A program made the position numbers and the translations under genes. The notes under the pieces are model-generated. The model was not told where the DNA came from, did no database searches, and saw only the letters and a list, made by a program, of their open reading frames with translations. DNA of 63,993 nt, filler included, from Octopus bimaculoides (Eukaryota), in NCBI RefSeq assembly GCF_001194135.2. It is 5 parts of 4 records of this genome, joined end to end, with 100 filler letters (N's around TTAATTAATTAA, not from the genome) between each part and the next. Parts side by side here need not be neighbours in the genome. Positions count along the whole stretch, not along the records: positions 29,587 to 46,522 come from NC_068988.1; positions 46,623 to 60,312 come from NC_069007.1; 3 more parts are not named here. One strand, written 5' to 3'. Positions 38,677 to 50,461 of this stretch are shown piece after piece. Each line of letters opens with the position of its first letter. The first letter of the stretch is position 1.

Positions 38677-39191
38677 TGACTGGGCAAACGAAAGAAAAGG
38701 TACTCAACATATTTAGTTGGAGTTACATGTACTCTTCTTTAAAACAGTTCGATTCGGCTCTATGCGACTTTAAGTTTTGTGAGCTCCTAGCAGAAACCCG
38801 TCTTTTTCAAGCCTACATTACCGAATGAAGAGGCACATGAAGTCCAAGATGGCTACTAGCAAACAGGCAGCTATTGGTCAAGATTGACGATTCAGTGACA
38901 CTAGAAAGGGGAATTTCTTGGACCGCATGGCTGGACAAGTAGCTGATGGCATCTAATTATCTGGGGAGGGGGGCCATGCAAACAAGGCCGGTGTGTGTGT
39001 GTGTTTGTGTGTGTGTGTGTATAAGTGCTGCCCCAATATGAAGAGTATCACTATACGAGGTTAACACCGAGAGCCTAAATCCAGTTGTAACTGTCGAGAC
39101 CCAGGAACCTGTCCACTTGACCGGCGATGTAGAGTCATCATACTCTGAAACAGTGAATAAAATTGTTACACACAGCCTTTACACTCCCATA

Positions 39192-39275
<84 letters not shown>

Positions 39276-39363
39276 NNNNNNNNNNNNNNNNNNNNNNNNN
39301 NNNNNNNNNNNNNNNNNNNNNNNNNNNNNNNNNNNNNNNNNNNNNNNNNNNNNNNNNNNNNNN

Positions 39364-39429
<66 letters not shown>

Positions 39430-39442
39430 GATAATAATAATG

Positions 39443-39474
<32 letters not shown>

Positions 39475-39479
<5 letters not shown>

Positions 39480-40820
39480 CACAACTCCCTATAAATCGCA
39501 TGATCCTTCAGAACTGCCATAACAAACGCAGAAATCTCAGTTCTCCATGGTTTGAATATAAAAAGGGCTTTTCACAGCATACCGCATTCATGGATCCTGA
39601 AATCGCTGGACATATTCAAAATTTCTCCCGTAATTTCAGACTTTCTGAAGCATATCCTGTCACTGTGGAATACGAGTCTCCGATTCTATCACTCTAATGG
39701 AATACTGGTTTCAAACAATATTAACGTGAACTGTGGCATTTTACAAGGTGTCTCATTTTCACATCTATTTCTTTTTAGCATAGCATTTATACCCCTTACA
39801 AGTGAACTTAACAAAACAGAGTATGAGTATAAAATTGACAACAAGGAAATAAGCCGTTTATTTTTTATGGATGGCATAAAACTATGTGGCAAAGCCAATT
39901 CTGAGTTTGAAGACCTATTACGTCTTGTGAAAGCATTCTGTGATGACATCGGGATGAACTTTGGTATTGATAAATGTGCCAAGGCCAAACTTAGTCGTGT
40001 TAGGTTTTGACACAATTATAAAAGAACTTGAGCAGGCACAAACTTACAAATACCTAGAAATAATTGATGGCGCTGGCATTCAGCATGCAAGCATGAAAGG
40101 GAAGATCAGAAAGGAATGTTATAGAAGAGTTGGAGTAGTCCTGAAATCTGAGCTAAATGCACGTAACAAGGTATTAACCATACAATCCTGAGCAGTTCCA
40201 GTTGTTATTTATAGTTTCAATAAGTTGAACTGGGATATCACCTGGAATATCAGTTGAACTGGAATTACAGTGAAGTACAAAAGATTGTCAGGAAAATTCG
40301 TGAAGCTGCTGACTTGCAGGAAAGATGCATCACCCAGAGGCAGACGCGAATCGTCTTCACATTCCCGGAGCCCAAAGAGGTCGAGGCTTGATCCAAGTTG
40401 AAATTTCTTACAAAACCACAACAACTGGACAGGCTGAATATTTTGAAACATCTAACAATTGAATGCCAAAACTTGTTAAAAATCACGACAGACGTAAAAA
40501 GCTTCATTCTGCCATGAAGGAGAGTAAATATTTGTCATTGAGTCCATGCACGATATCCAGACTGAATAGCACGGCGAAAGTGCGGCAACTGCTGTTGCAA
40601 AGGTGAAATCGATGACAAGGAAATAAGCGCACGAACAACTGGCTGATACGTGGGAGGATAAATATTTGCATGGCGAATATATAGCCCGTAGCAAATAAGC
40701 CGTTGTTAACCAGAAGCGCACCTATCAGTGGCTTCGGAGTTCAGGGCTAAAGGCAAAGAGCGAAGGTTTCATCTTAGCTGTTCAAGATCGAAGCTTATTG
40801 ACCGGGAAGACGGACGAAAT
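39475..40820 (+). mobile_element. R4/Dong-like non-LTR retrotransposon, RT region, frameshifted
   Basis: AFHSIPHSWI...GILQGVSFS...FFMDGIKL...IGMNFGIDKC, YKYLEI, LKSELNARNKV, HGEY, EGFILAVQDRSL. These correspond to RT motifs KAFDSVPH, QGDSLS and YMDD of RLE-type LINEs. Confidence 0.85.
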
Positions 40821-40821
40821 G

Positions 40822-40891
<70 letters not shown>

Positions 40892-41429
40892 TTGGAGTTT
40901 TAGTCTGCGTCATCAAATCTACCTACCTGCCTACCTAATTACCCACCCACCTACCTAACTACCTACCTACCTGCCTGCATCTCTCTCTCTCTCTCTCTTT
41001 CTTACCTATCTATCTACACACACACGCACACACACATTCACGTACCTTACGCACAAACTATAATCATAAGATTATTGTTGGTGTTTTCCAGCATTGTTGT
41101 TGGATAGGGCGATTAATGGTTTCCAAGCATATTGAAGATTTCAGAGTAACCAACTTCGAAAATATTGATTTTTATCTGAGGAACAACACCATGCAGTTTT
41201 GAGTAGTGCATAGTTTATTATAGCTACTCTAATATATAACTGGTATTTTAACAACCCTTGACGGAGGAAAGACAAGGGACGTTGCAACAGTAGTACCTCG
41301 TCCATTTTTGTATATTGTTTTTCAAACCTACGCTTGTTTGGAATAACTGAGGCCTCCACTTTGCTTGTGAACAGTCTTAGACGATAATATAACCAGCAGT
41401 AACTCTCTCCATGTATGTGTGTGTGTGTA

Positions 41430-41491
<62 letters not shown>

Positions 41492-41622
41492 TGTGAGTTT
41501 GTGTATTTTTTCATCAATTTCACTCGCGCTTCAGAGATATGTATACCATCAAACAGTTATATATTTGCATGAAATATGCCGTAAGTGCCATTTTAAGAAA
41601 TTTTATCGTTTAATTTCTGCAG

Positions 41623-41734
41623 GGTACTGCGAGAACCCATCGGTAAGTTATATTTTGCCGGCACTGAAACTGCTACACAATGGTCAGGCTATATGGAAGG
41701 AGCTATACAAGCCGGAGAGCGGGCTGCAAGGGAG
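41623..41734 (+). CDS. MAO: Monoamine oxidase exon (112 nt): [37 protein letters not shown]
   Basis: aatttctgcag acceptor and gtaaga donor. Near-identical to the MAO C-terminal FAD-binding motif [28 protein letters not shown]. The split codon AA|G from the previous exon restores the frame. Confidence 0.97.
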
Positions 41735-42535
41735 GTAAGAATCGAGTTTGTTTCGTTTTCTTTTTCTTGTGGCTTTGGAAAGACAGAAGCCTAAAACATC
41801 GTTATCTAACACACTACAGCTTATAATACTGTGCCGGCGATTAAATTTGGCTCATAGAAAGATATTTAGGTCTATCTTAGTTTGTCTACTTAAACACAAT
41901 TCATTTAATATGCGATAATTTCTATACACTAAGAAATTTATTTATGAGCAAATCAACGGTTTACTTCCATATGGTTTGCTAAATATTCTCATCTATCATA
42001 TTCCAACCAAAACATAATCCCTCTAGTACACTGCTTCTGATTTTTGATGCTTCATTTTTTTTCTCAACTCATTTGCACTCCGTCGTTCATGCTCGTCTCA
42101 TTTCTTTCCGATCCTCACAAATCCTCCGCATGCATGAGGTTGAATATATTTTAATCAAATGTACCCATCTGAACTTATTCACAGTTTAGGCACACAAAAT
42201 CTGTGTCAATAGTTTACGTTATTTTGTACGTGTTACAAGTAATTGTACTGATATAAAAACGTGTAAAATAGCGCTTGTTACACGTAGCATTTTCAAATTA
42301 GCAGCTATAAATGGCTGGTCTCTCTAGGATAATCAGATGCTCTTGATATCTAGTCGAACGTAGTCGAGGTTTTCTCCAATTGTCTTGAGAGAGAGAGAGA
42401 GAGAGAGGAAGAAAGAGAAAGAGAGGGAGTGGGTAAAGAGCCTTGTGTTATAATCGCAGTTCATCAACTTAAAGAAGGGATGGGTGTCTTCATATGTGCC
42501 TTTGTGTGTATACGTGTGTGGAGTGTGTGTGTGTA

Positions 42536-42567
<32 letters not shown>

Positions 42568-42849
42568 TGTGTGTGTGTGCTTATGTGTCTGTGCTTGCTT
42601 ATCAGTTCGTATTTACCTATGTACCTATCTATCTACTTACCTATGTATCTATCTGTTTGCTTACATTTCTATTTACCTACCCAAATATTATTGGATTTTA
42701 CTGATAAGGTATTGGAATCTTAATAATGAATTTACAAATGTAATGACCAATCTTAAAGACAATTGGATTGACAAATACAATATCCCTGCATTCACTCTCT
42801 ATTTCCTATCTTATCTAAATTAACTATTGCTTAACCATCCTCTCATACC

Positions 42850-42897
42850 GTCTCCGATGAAGGGATACAATAAATATCCTGGGAACAGCTATAAGAC
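42850..42897 (+). ncRNA. Degenerate hammerhead (CCGATGA core; GAAAC mutated to GGGAAC)
   Basis: gtct-CCGATGA-agggata...tatcct-gggaac-agcta-ta-agac. Same family as 26905. Confidence 0.65.
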
Positions 42898-43143
42898 CTA
42901 TTTATAAATGTTCTATAATGCACACAGCCTTGTTTTTTTTTNNNNNNNNNNNNNNNNNNNNNNNNNNNNNNNNNNNNNNNNNNNNNNNNNNNNNNNNNNN
43001 NNNNNNNNNNNNNNNNNNNNNNNNNNNNNNNNNNNNNNNNNNNNNNNNNNNNNNNNNNNNNNNNNNNNNNNNNNNNNNNNNNNNNNNNNNNNNNNNNNNN
43101 NNNNNNNNNNTATATATAAATATATATATGTATATATATATAT

Positions 43144-43544
43144 ATAAAGGTGGGTTATTCGCAATTTACAACCAAAAGGCAGAACTATAGACGTCACTAA
43201 AGTAACTAAGGGTACTAGTTAGCACCGGCATTGCTAGGAATTAAAGTCAAATAACTCTTAGCCACAATAAAGCGCTTGAGACTGACAAGGGAGACAAGCT
43301 CCCTACAGCATCCAGGACATAGCCAGATCACCAGTGATTTCGCATTTTTTTCAACGCTCGTCAGTGGCTCTTACCCGGCCTAGGGTTAAGCTGGCTTGCC
43401 TTGTCGGTTTATAAGAGTTAGCGTAGAAATCTCACGCTGATTTCATAAATGGTGAAAGTGAAAATTATAAATAATAAAGGTACCTTATTCGCATTTTACA
43501 ACCGAAAGTCAGAACTATAGATGATAGTAAAGTGACTAAGAGTA
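43144..43544 (-). mobile_element. Retrozyme-like unit: 330-bp period with a ~71-bp terminal direct repeat and an internal intact HHR
   Basis: 43144-43214 repeats at 43474-43544 (about 12 mismatches in 71 nt by manual alignment). No ORF. Confidence 0.65.
43321..43369 (-). ncRNA. Type I hammerhead ribozyme, fully paired
   Basis: agcca-CTGACGA-gcgtt...aatgc-GAAA-tcac[tg]gtgat-C-tggct. Stem I 5 bp, stem III 5 bp, AUC site. Confidence 0.9.
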
Positions 43545-43589
43545 TATTGACTTTTTAGTATAGTGACGTTTTGTTTTCTCTCTTTGCAG

Positions 43590-43652
43590 GTCCTCTTCGA
43601 TTTTGGAAGAATCAGGAAAGATGAAATTTGGCAGGATGAACCAGAGGATCGG
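43590..43652 (+). CDS. MAO: Monoamine oxidase exon (63 nt): VLFDFGRIRKDEIWQDEPEDR
   Basis: ttttctctctttgcag acceptor and gtttgt donor, phase 0. Matches recalled MAOB [20 protein letters not shown]. Confidence 0.9.
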
Positions 43653-44037
43653 GTTTGTGATCACTTTATATATTGTGCTCAAACACGTTCGCGCGCACAC
43701 ACACACACACACACACGCACACATTGTCTGGTAAATTTTCGTACTACCTGGTAGATTCTCGTACCACATGTATTCGCAATTGTACTCTTTCGGTCATCAT
43801 TCAGAACAAAACTACAGTGGGGGACATCTCGCCAAAACAAACCTTTAGCCTTAGTCTTCTGCTGTAGACAAAGCTCGTTCTTTGGATATTAGACATGAAG
43901 TGTATTCACAGATTACTGACTCATGTAGAAAACTGTGTCTTTCTGGAACCACAACTCTGAATTAGTTAAATATTGGGATCCCTATCGGTTAGGAATAGTT
44001 AGGTTTGCATTTGTATGCACCGGCCTGGATAGATTAT

Positions 44038-44140
44038 ACACACGCACACACGCATGCACGCACACACGCATGCACGCACACACGCATGCACGCACACACG
44101 CATGCACGCACACACGCATGCACGCACACACGCATGCATG
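44038..44140. repeat. 16-bp minisatellite (cacacacgcatgcacg) x ~6
   Basis: Read directly. Confidence 0.9.
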
Positions 44141-44162
44141 CACACACACACACACATATGTA

Positions 44163-44206
<44 letters not shown>

Positions 44207-44334
44207 ATTCTGTCTAACTATCTGTCTGTCTGTCTGTCTATCTATCCATCTATCTCTCTATATATACACATACATGTATACATATAAATACACAGATATA
44301 TATATGTATATATACACATACATATATACATATG

Positions 44335-44371
<37 letters not shown>

Positions 44372-44381
44372 NNNNNNNNNN

Positions 44382-44421
<40 letters not shown>

Positions 44422-44521
44422 TCAAATCGAAAATTCGAACAATAAAAGTAACATAAATAAATAACCAGAAGACGTGCACATGAAATATATTATTTTGTCG
44501 CTTGAAAAAAAAAAGAGAGTT

Positions 44522-44554
44522 TCTGACGTTTCGAGTATGGCTCTTCGTCAGAGA
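44522..44554 (-). ncRNA. Minimal PLE-type hammerhead ribozyme
   Basis: tct-CTGACGA-a-gag[ccata]ctc-GAAAC-gt-C-aga. Palindromic ACGT stem III, extra A after A9, GUC site. Confidence 0.82.
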
Positions 44555-46211
44555 GGAAAGCATAGAAGTCCGGAGAAATAAAAATATCCCCGATAGCGTG
44601 TATATATATATATATAATAATAATAATAATACAAAATGGAACAAGAACGCAAAACAGACAGGTGATACAAAAAAGGGACAACAAAACATCCAGATAGAGG
44701 ATACAAAGGAAACAAAGACAGGTCATTCAGATTATCTTTACAATTTCGTCTGGTTATTCTCGATATTGCTCCAATCTGGCCAGCCCCAAGGAAGAACTAA
44801 GCTAAGAGCATTAGATTCCATGGGAGAAAGCAGCAACAAAATCAAGGGCAGAAAAAAACGAACAATGTTACACAAATACAATGAAAATAATAACAGGACA
44901 TAAAAACAGATGTCTTTCGACTAAGGACGAATTAAATTAAGCTGGCGTGTGTGAAAATAAAGCCTTATGGCAGGGATACAAAATTTTAGAGGCAAAAGGA
45001 GGAATATCGATGTTGCACGCACAACGGCCGGCCAAATCAACAATACCTATATAGGTGCACAAGTATACCACACGTGAGGTTTCGAAATAATCAGAGAGTT
45101 ACTTGAAATGAAGTGTTTTGCTCAAGAACATAATACGCAACATAAGAACGCAACATAAGAACGCAACATAAGAACGCAACATAAGAACGCAACACACATA
45201 AACAATAAATGACAAGGGAACAAGAATCTAATAATCAACTTCATTAGCTTAAAGTTGTTTCTGCTATAAAACTAAAAAATCCAGAACTGCGTCCTTGTGT
45301 AAATTCCTGTAGCATCTTCTGAGTCATTAATATGAAATGTGTATTGACTTCGGAAAGCAAGTACAGAAGTGTGTATGTATGTACGTACGTACGTACGTAT
45401 GTATGTATGTATGTATGTATGTATGTATGTATGTATGTATGTATATTTATATCTTTATATATAACCATAAAAAATCAGGGAGTGTAAGAGGTGAATATAT
45501 TTAACAACTTGTTATCCTTAGGGCTACGGCCGATTCCCAGCGTTCCTCGTGTGATAGTAATTTCAGTGAGTAAACGGCCGTAACTTTAAGGAAGACAAGG
45601 TGTTAAAAATCTATAATCACCTTTCATACCTTTAGATTTTTAATGGTTTCTATACTTCTCACGAAATAATTTCATCGATCGTTCTCCTGGATTTCGGTTG
45701 TATAGAATTTTGCAGTATACTCTAACCTATTGGATTACTATGTGGTCTTCTAGTTGCAACCACTAGAGGAAGTTTCTATGATTGCCACATGTCTCTGAAC
45801 CGGTCTATTCCGCTAACAATTTATATATATGTATGTATGATAGTATGATGAAATCTCTTTGACAAAGACGCAATGATTGTTATAATGATCAAATGTATGT
45901 GATGTGCATTAGCTCACTCTCTCCACCAAATCAACAATACCTATACAGGTGCACAAGTGTACCACACGTGAGGTGTCGAAATAATCAGAGAGTTACTTGA
46001 AATGAAGTGTTTTGCTCAAGAACATAATGCGCTGCTCAGTCCAGGAATCGAATCCACAATCTAGCGATCGTAAGTACAACATTCTAACCACTTGGCCATT
46101 CTGGACAAAAAGGAACAGGAGGAGATACGTGGGATGGAAAGTCGCTGAAGAAACAACAGGTGTATGACGAAAGATTTCCAGACAATGGAAATAAAATAAG
46201 AACAGTAATAG

Positions 46212-46522
46212 GTTGTTGGCACTCCGTCGCTTACGACGTCGAGGGTTCCAGTTGATCCGATCAACGGAACAGCTTGCTCGTGAAATTAACGTGCAAGTGG
46301 CTGAGCACTCCACAGACACGTGTACCCTTAACGTAGTTGTCGGGGATATTCAGCGTGACACAGTGTGACAAGGCCGACCCTTTGAATTACAGGCACAACA
46401 GAAACAGAAAGTAAGAGTGAGAGAAAGTTGTGGTGAAAAAGTACAGCAGGGTTCTCCACCATCCCCTGCCGGAGACTCGTGGAGCTTAAAGTGTTTTCGC
46501 TCAATAAACACTCACAACGTCC
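46212..46522 (-). mobile_element. SINE family A (head lost in gap)
   Basis: Reverse complement of the 15676 copy's body and tail. Confidence 0.88.
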
Positions 46523-47029
46523 NNNNNNNNNNNNNNNNNNNNNNNNNNNNNNNNNNNNNNNNNNNNTTAATTAATTAANNNNNNNNNNNNNNNNNNNNNN
46601 NNNNNNNNNNNNNNNNNNNNNNTAGCATACATCCATGCACGTATGTGTGTGTAACCATGTGTGTGTAACCATGTGTGTGAGTGAGTATATCCAGGCTTGT
46701 GTGTATGGGTATAACCATCTGCGTATGTATGTCTACGTACATCCATGCATATGTATGAGTGTGAATGCGTATAACGATGCATGTGTGCGCACATGCGTGC
46801 AACCATGCGTGTATGTATGTATGTATTTATGCATGTATGTATGTAAGCATGTATGTATGTATATGTACGTATGTACATATGTATACTTGTATGTATGTAT
46901 GTATGTATGTATGTATGTATACAGTTTTATTTCAAGAATTCTTGCCAATAGAGGAAGAGCCGGTTTCTAACCCAGATCCATGGCTCCTTCATTAGAATTT
47001 CAACAACATCAGGTATGTATGTATGTATG

Positions 47030-47316
47030 TGAAGGCGCGTGGCTCAGTGGTTAGGTCATTCGGCTCACAATCGTAAGGTCGTGAGTTCGAATCCCGGCGC
47101 CGCGTTGTGTCCTTGAGCAAGACACTTTATTTCACGTTGCTCCAGTCCACTCAGCTGGCTTCAAATGTCTTGACAACTGGTGTTGGTTTGTTTATGTCCA
47201 CATAACTTAGCGGTTCGGCAAAATTCGATTGAATAAGTACCCGCCTTGAGGTCGACTCTTTAAGTCAAAATTCTTCAAAGCGGTGCCCCAGCATGGCCGC
47301 ACTCTAAGTAAAAGGT
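47030..47316 (+). mobile_element. SINE, head C with a LINE-derived GCGGTGCCCCAGCATGGCCGC tail
   Basis: A/B boxes, CORE-like cttgagcaagacactt, then a tail shared with family D and with the LINE end at 57530. Confidence 0.85.
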
Positions 47317-47989
47317 ATTACAGATTATGCATGTATAAACACACCCACACACACACACACACCTTTCTTCTACATTTACCACCAAACCAAAGCCAGCGTC
47401 ACCAAAATCGACGCTATTCCACCACCAACTATAACACAACCAGCACGGCCACTGTCGCCGCCACCACTATCAACAACAACGATAATAGTAATACTACCAC
47501 AACCACCACCACCACCGCCGCCGCCGCCGCCACCACTAATAACACCGTCACAACTATAAATGCCGCCGTCGCCGCCTCAGTCAGTACCAGCAACGCCACC
47601 AACACCGCCNNNNNNNNNNNNNNNNNNNNNNNNNNNNNNNNNNNNNNNNNNNNNNNNNNNNNNNNNNNNNNNNNNNNNNNNNNNNNNNNNNNNNNNNNNN
47701 NNNNNNNNNNNNNNNNNNNNNNNNNNNNNNNNNNNNNNNNNNNNNNNNNNNNNNNNNNNNNNNNNNNNNNNNNNNNNNNNNNNNNNNNNNNNACCACCAC
47801 CACCACCACCACCATTAACTATCACCGTCGCCGCCGCCACCACAACAACCACTTCCACCACCACCGCTTCCGTCACTACCACCAACATCAGCAACGCCAC
47901 CGCCGCCACATGAATGAATAGAGCAGCCGATATGTGAATAAGGAGTTGTCAGGTGTGTAAAGTGAGTGTGACTGAAGGTGATTGGTTGC

Positions 47990-48530
47990 TGGTTGGTGCG
48001 AGAGAGGGGTAGATGGTGAGAGAGGAGGAGGAGGAGAGACAGACAGAAGGGGAGAGAGAGGGAAGAGAGAGGAGGAACGGCAGAGAGGGAGGGAGAGAGA
48101 GAGAAAGGGGGAGAGGAAGGGATTAGAGTTGGAAAGACACGATGAGAGATAGAGGATAGAAGGGGGAGAAAGAGAGAGAGAGAGGGAGACAAGAGAGAGG
48201 AGAGACAGACAGACAGTAAGGGGGAGAGAGAGAGAAGAGAAAGGAGGAGAGGCAAAGAGAGAGAGAGAGAGAAGGAGAGAGACAGATAGGTAGAGAAGGA
48301 GACAGAAAGACAAAGAGGGGGTGAAAGAGAGAGAGAGGGAGAGAGGGCAGGAGAAAGAGAGAGTGAAACAAAAGAGGGAGAGAGAGTCAGAATTAGAGTA
48401 GAGCGATAGGCCGAGAGAGAGAGAAGATAGGGAGAAGAAAGAGGGAGAGAGAGGGAAAGTAAAGCGGAAGGCAGAGTGAGAGACGTGGGTTGAAGGGAGA
48501 GAGGAGAGAGAGAGGGAGGGGGTTAATGAA
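47990..48530. repeat. Degenerate (GA)n purine tract immediately upstream of the KIAA2012 ATG
   Basis: Read directly. Confidence 0.9.
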
Positions 48531-48556
48531 CGAGAGTATTGTCTGTTAGCGTCAAG

Positions 48557-48667
48557 ATGACAACCACCCACAGCCAGAAATTGAACCTGTCACGGCTGAG
48601 TCGCGGAGTAGGTGAAGTGGAAACAGGAAAAGGGAATTCTTTGATCAGTGTTTACCTGGAACCACAG
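48557..48667 (+). CDS. KIAA2012: KIAA2012 homologue, first coding exon: MTTTHSQKLNLSRLSRGVGEVETGKGNSLISVYLEPQ
   Basis: ATG in caagATG context and cag|gtaaga donor, phase 0. Resembles the recalled human N-terminus (LSLLSRGHGKL...LEVYFEPE|DY) and splices in frame to the exon at 59642. Confidence 0.8.
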
Positions 48668-49099
48668 GTAAGAGGCTGTGATTTTTTGGTGGGATTTCAT
48701 GAGCACCGTATGTCCGTGTAGTATGTATGTGTGTATGTATGTGTGTATGTATGTATTAGGGACGTCGTATATATGTTTATGTGTATGTGTCTATGCATGT
48801 AGCGGTTTGTACGTATTACTTATGTATGTTTTTACGTATACATGTGTGTATTTATAAATACATACGTGTATGTACTTATGTATGCATATGTGTATGTACT
48901 TATGTATGTATTTATGTATGTATTATGTATGTATGTATGTACTTATGTATGCATATGTGTATGTATGTATGTATGTATGTATGTACTTATGTATGTATTT
49001 ATGTATGTATTATGTATGTATGTATGTATGCATGACATGTATTTCTTTATGTATGTTTGTGTATTTATAAATGCATATGTATGAATGTGTGTGTCTAGA

Positions 49100-49462
49100 C
49101 ACGTTGTGGCTGTGCGGTAAGAAGTTTGCTTCCCAACCACATGGTTCCGGGTTCAGCCCCACTGCATGGCACATTGGGCAAGGGTCTTCTATTACAGCCT
49201 TGGGTCGACCAAAGTCTTCTCGTGAACGTGTGTGTGTGTGTGTGTGTGTCTTTGTGTCTATGCTTGTCTCCCCACCCGCTTGACAACCGGCGTTGGTGTG
49301 TTTACGTTCACGTAAATAGGCGGTTCGGCCGGAAGTGTTCGTTGGAATAAGTACCCGTCTTGAAAAAAATAGTACTGGGGGTTGATTCATTCGACTAAAT
49401 ATTCTTCAAGGCGATGCCCCAGTATGGTCGCAGGCTGATTGAAACAAGTCAAAGATAAAAGA
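49100..49462 (+). mobile_element. SINE family D (GTGGCTGTGTGGTAAGAAG...CCCAACCACATGGTTCCGGGTTCA), near full length
   Basis: tRNA-like head, CORE-like ttgggcaag, internal (GT)n and LINE-like tail. Fragments also at 14290, 14725, 24540, 26580, 27290, 49555, 53660 and 58445. Confidence 0.85.
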
Positions 49463-49793
49463 CATGTGTGTATGTATGTGTGTATGTGTGTATGTATGTA
49501 TGTATGTATGTATGTATGCATGCATTTGGGATTTATCTAAATTTTTTCCATATAGGTGCAGGAGTGGCTGTGTGGTAAGAAGCTTGCTTCCCAACCACAT
49601 GTGAGTGGATCTGGTAGACGGCAACTGAAAGAAGCCCATCGTATACACATACACATGTGTGTGTATGTATATGTATATATCTATGTGTGTGTGTGTCTGT
49701 GTCTGTGTGTTTGCGTTTGTCCCCTCATTCCGAGCGTCCAATAACACTATCCGTATCACGTCCTCACATTGTTGTTTTTTTTTAACTTATATG

Positions 49794-49846
<53 letters not shown>

Positions 49847-49851
49847 TTATG

Positions 49852-49955
49852 TATAACGATGACCACTAAAGTGGACATTTAATGTACTAGAAATAGACCA
49901 CATATTGCGTCTATTTGTAGCACATTAAATGTCCACTTTAGTGGTCATCGTTATA
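49852..49955. repeat. ~104-bp near-perfect hairpin flanked by TA
   Basis: tataacgatgaccactaaagtggacatttaatg...cattaaatgtccactttagtggtcatcgttata. Confidence 0.9.
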
Positions 49956-50170
49956 TATAAACATATACATTAATCCCCTAAGATCTCAGATATTTTTTCT
50001 GAATCTCTGATTCTTTGAATGTGCTAGCTTCCTGGTAATAAATCGATATTAATTAATATCTGATTTTTTTACCCTATGTTTTAATTTGATATATATATAT
50101 ATANNNNNNNNNNNNNNNNNNNNNNNNNNNNNNNNNNNNNNNNNNNNCAGGTAGACATATATATATTTTG

Positions 50171-50461
50171 GGTTAGGGCATTCGTCTCACGATCGTAAGG
50201 TCATGAGTTCAATTCCCGGCGACGCGTTGTGTCCTTGAACAAGACACTTAATTTCACGTTGCTCCAGTCCACTCAGCTGACAAAAATGAGTAGTACCTGT
50301 ATTTCAAAGGACCAGCCTTGTCACACTGTGTGTCACGCTGAATCTCCCTGAGAACTACGTTAAGGGTGTCTGTGGAGTGCTCAGTCACTTGCACGTTCAT
50401 TTCCCGAGCAGGCTGTTCCGTTGATCGTATCAGCTGGGACCCTCGTCGTCGTAACCGACGG
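50171..50461 (+). mobile_element. SINE, head C with the family A tail
   Basis: Homologous to 19461-19776. Confidence 0.88.

Noticed and set aside
41535-41642. Apparent 46-nt and 20-nt mini-exons with gtaagt donors
   Set aside because: The intervening 42-nt intron is implausibly short, and the second gtaagt is coding sequence (IGKL) inside the true MAO exon.
37052-45193. Short tandem arrays as a possible CRISPR
   Set aside because: No unique spacers and no cas genes. These are eukaryotic minisatellites.
45521-45581. IPSVP peptide resembling MAO's LPSVP
   Set aside because: Wrong splice phase, with no upstream similarity or TM segment.
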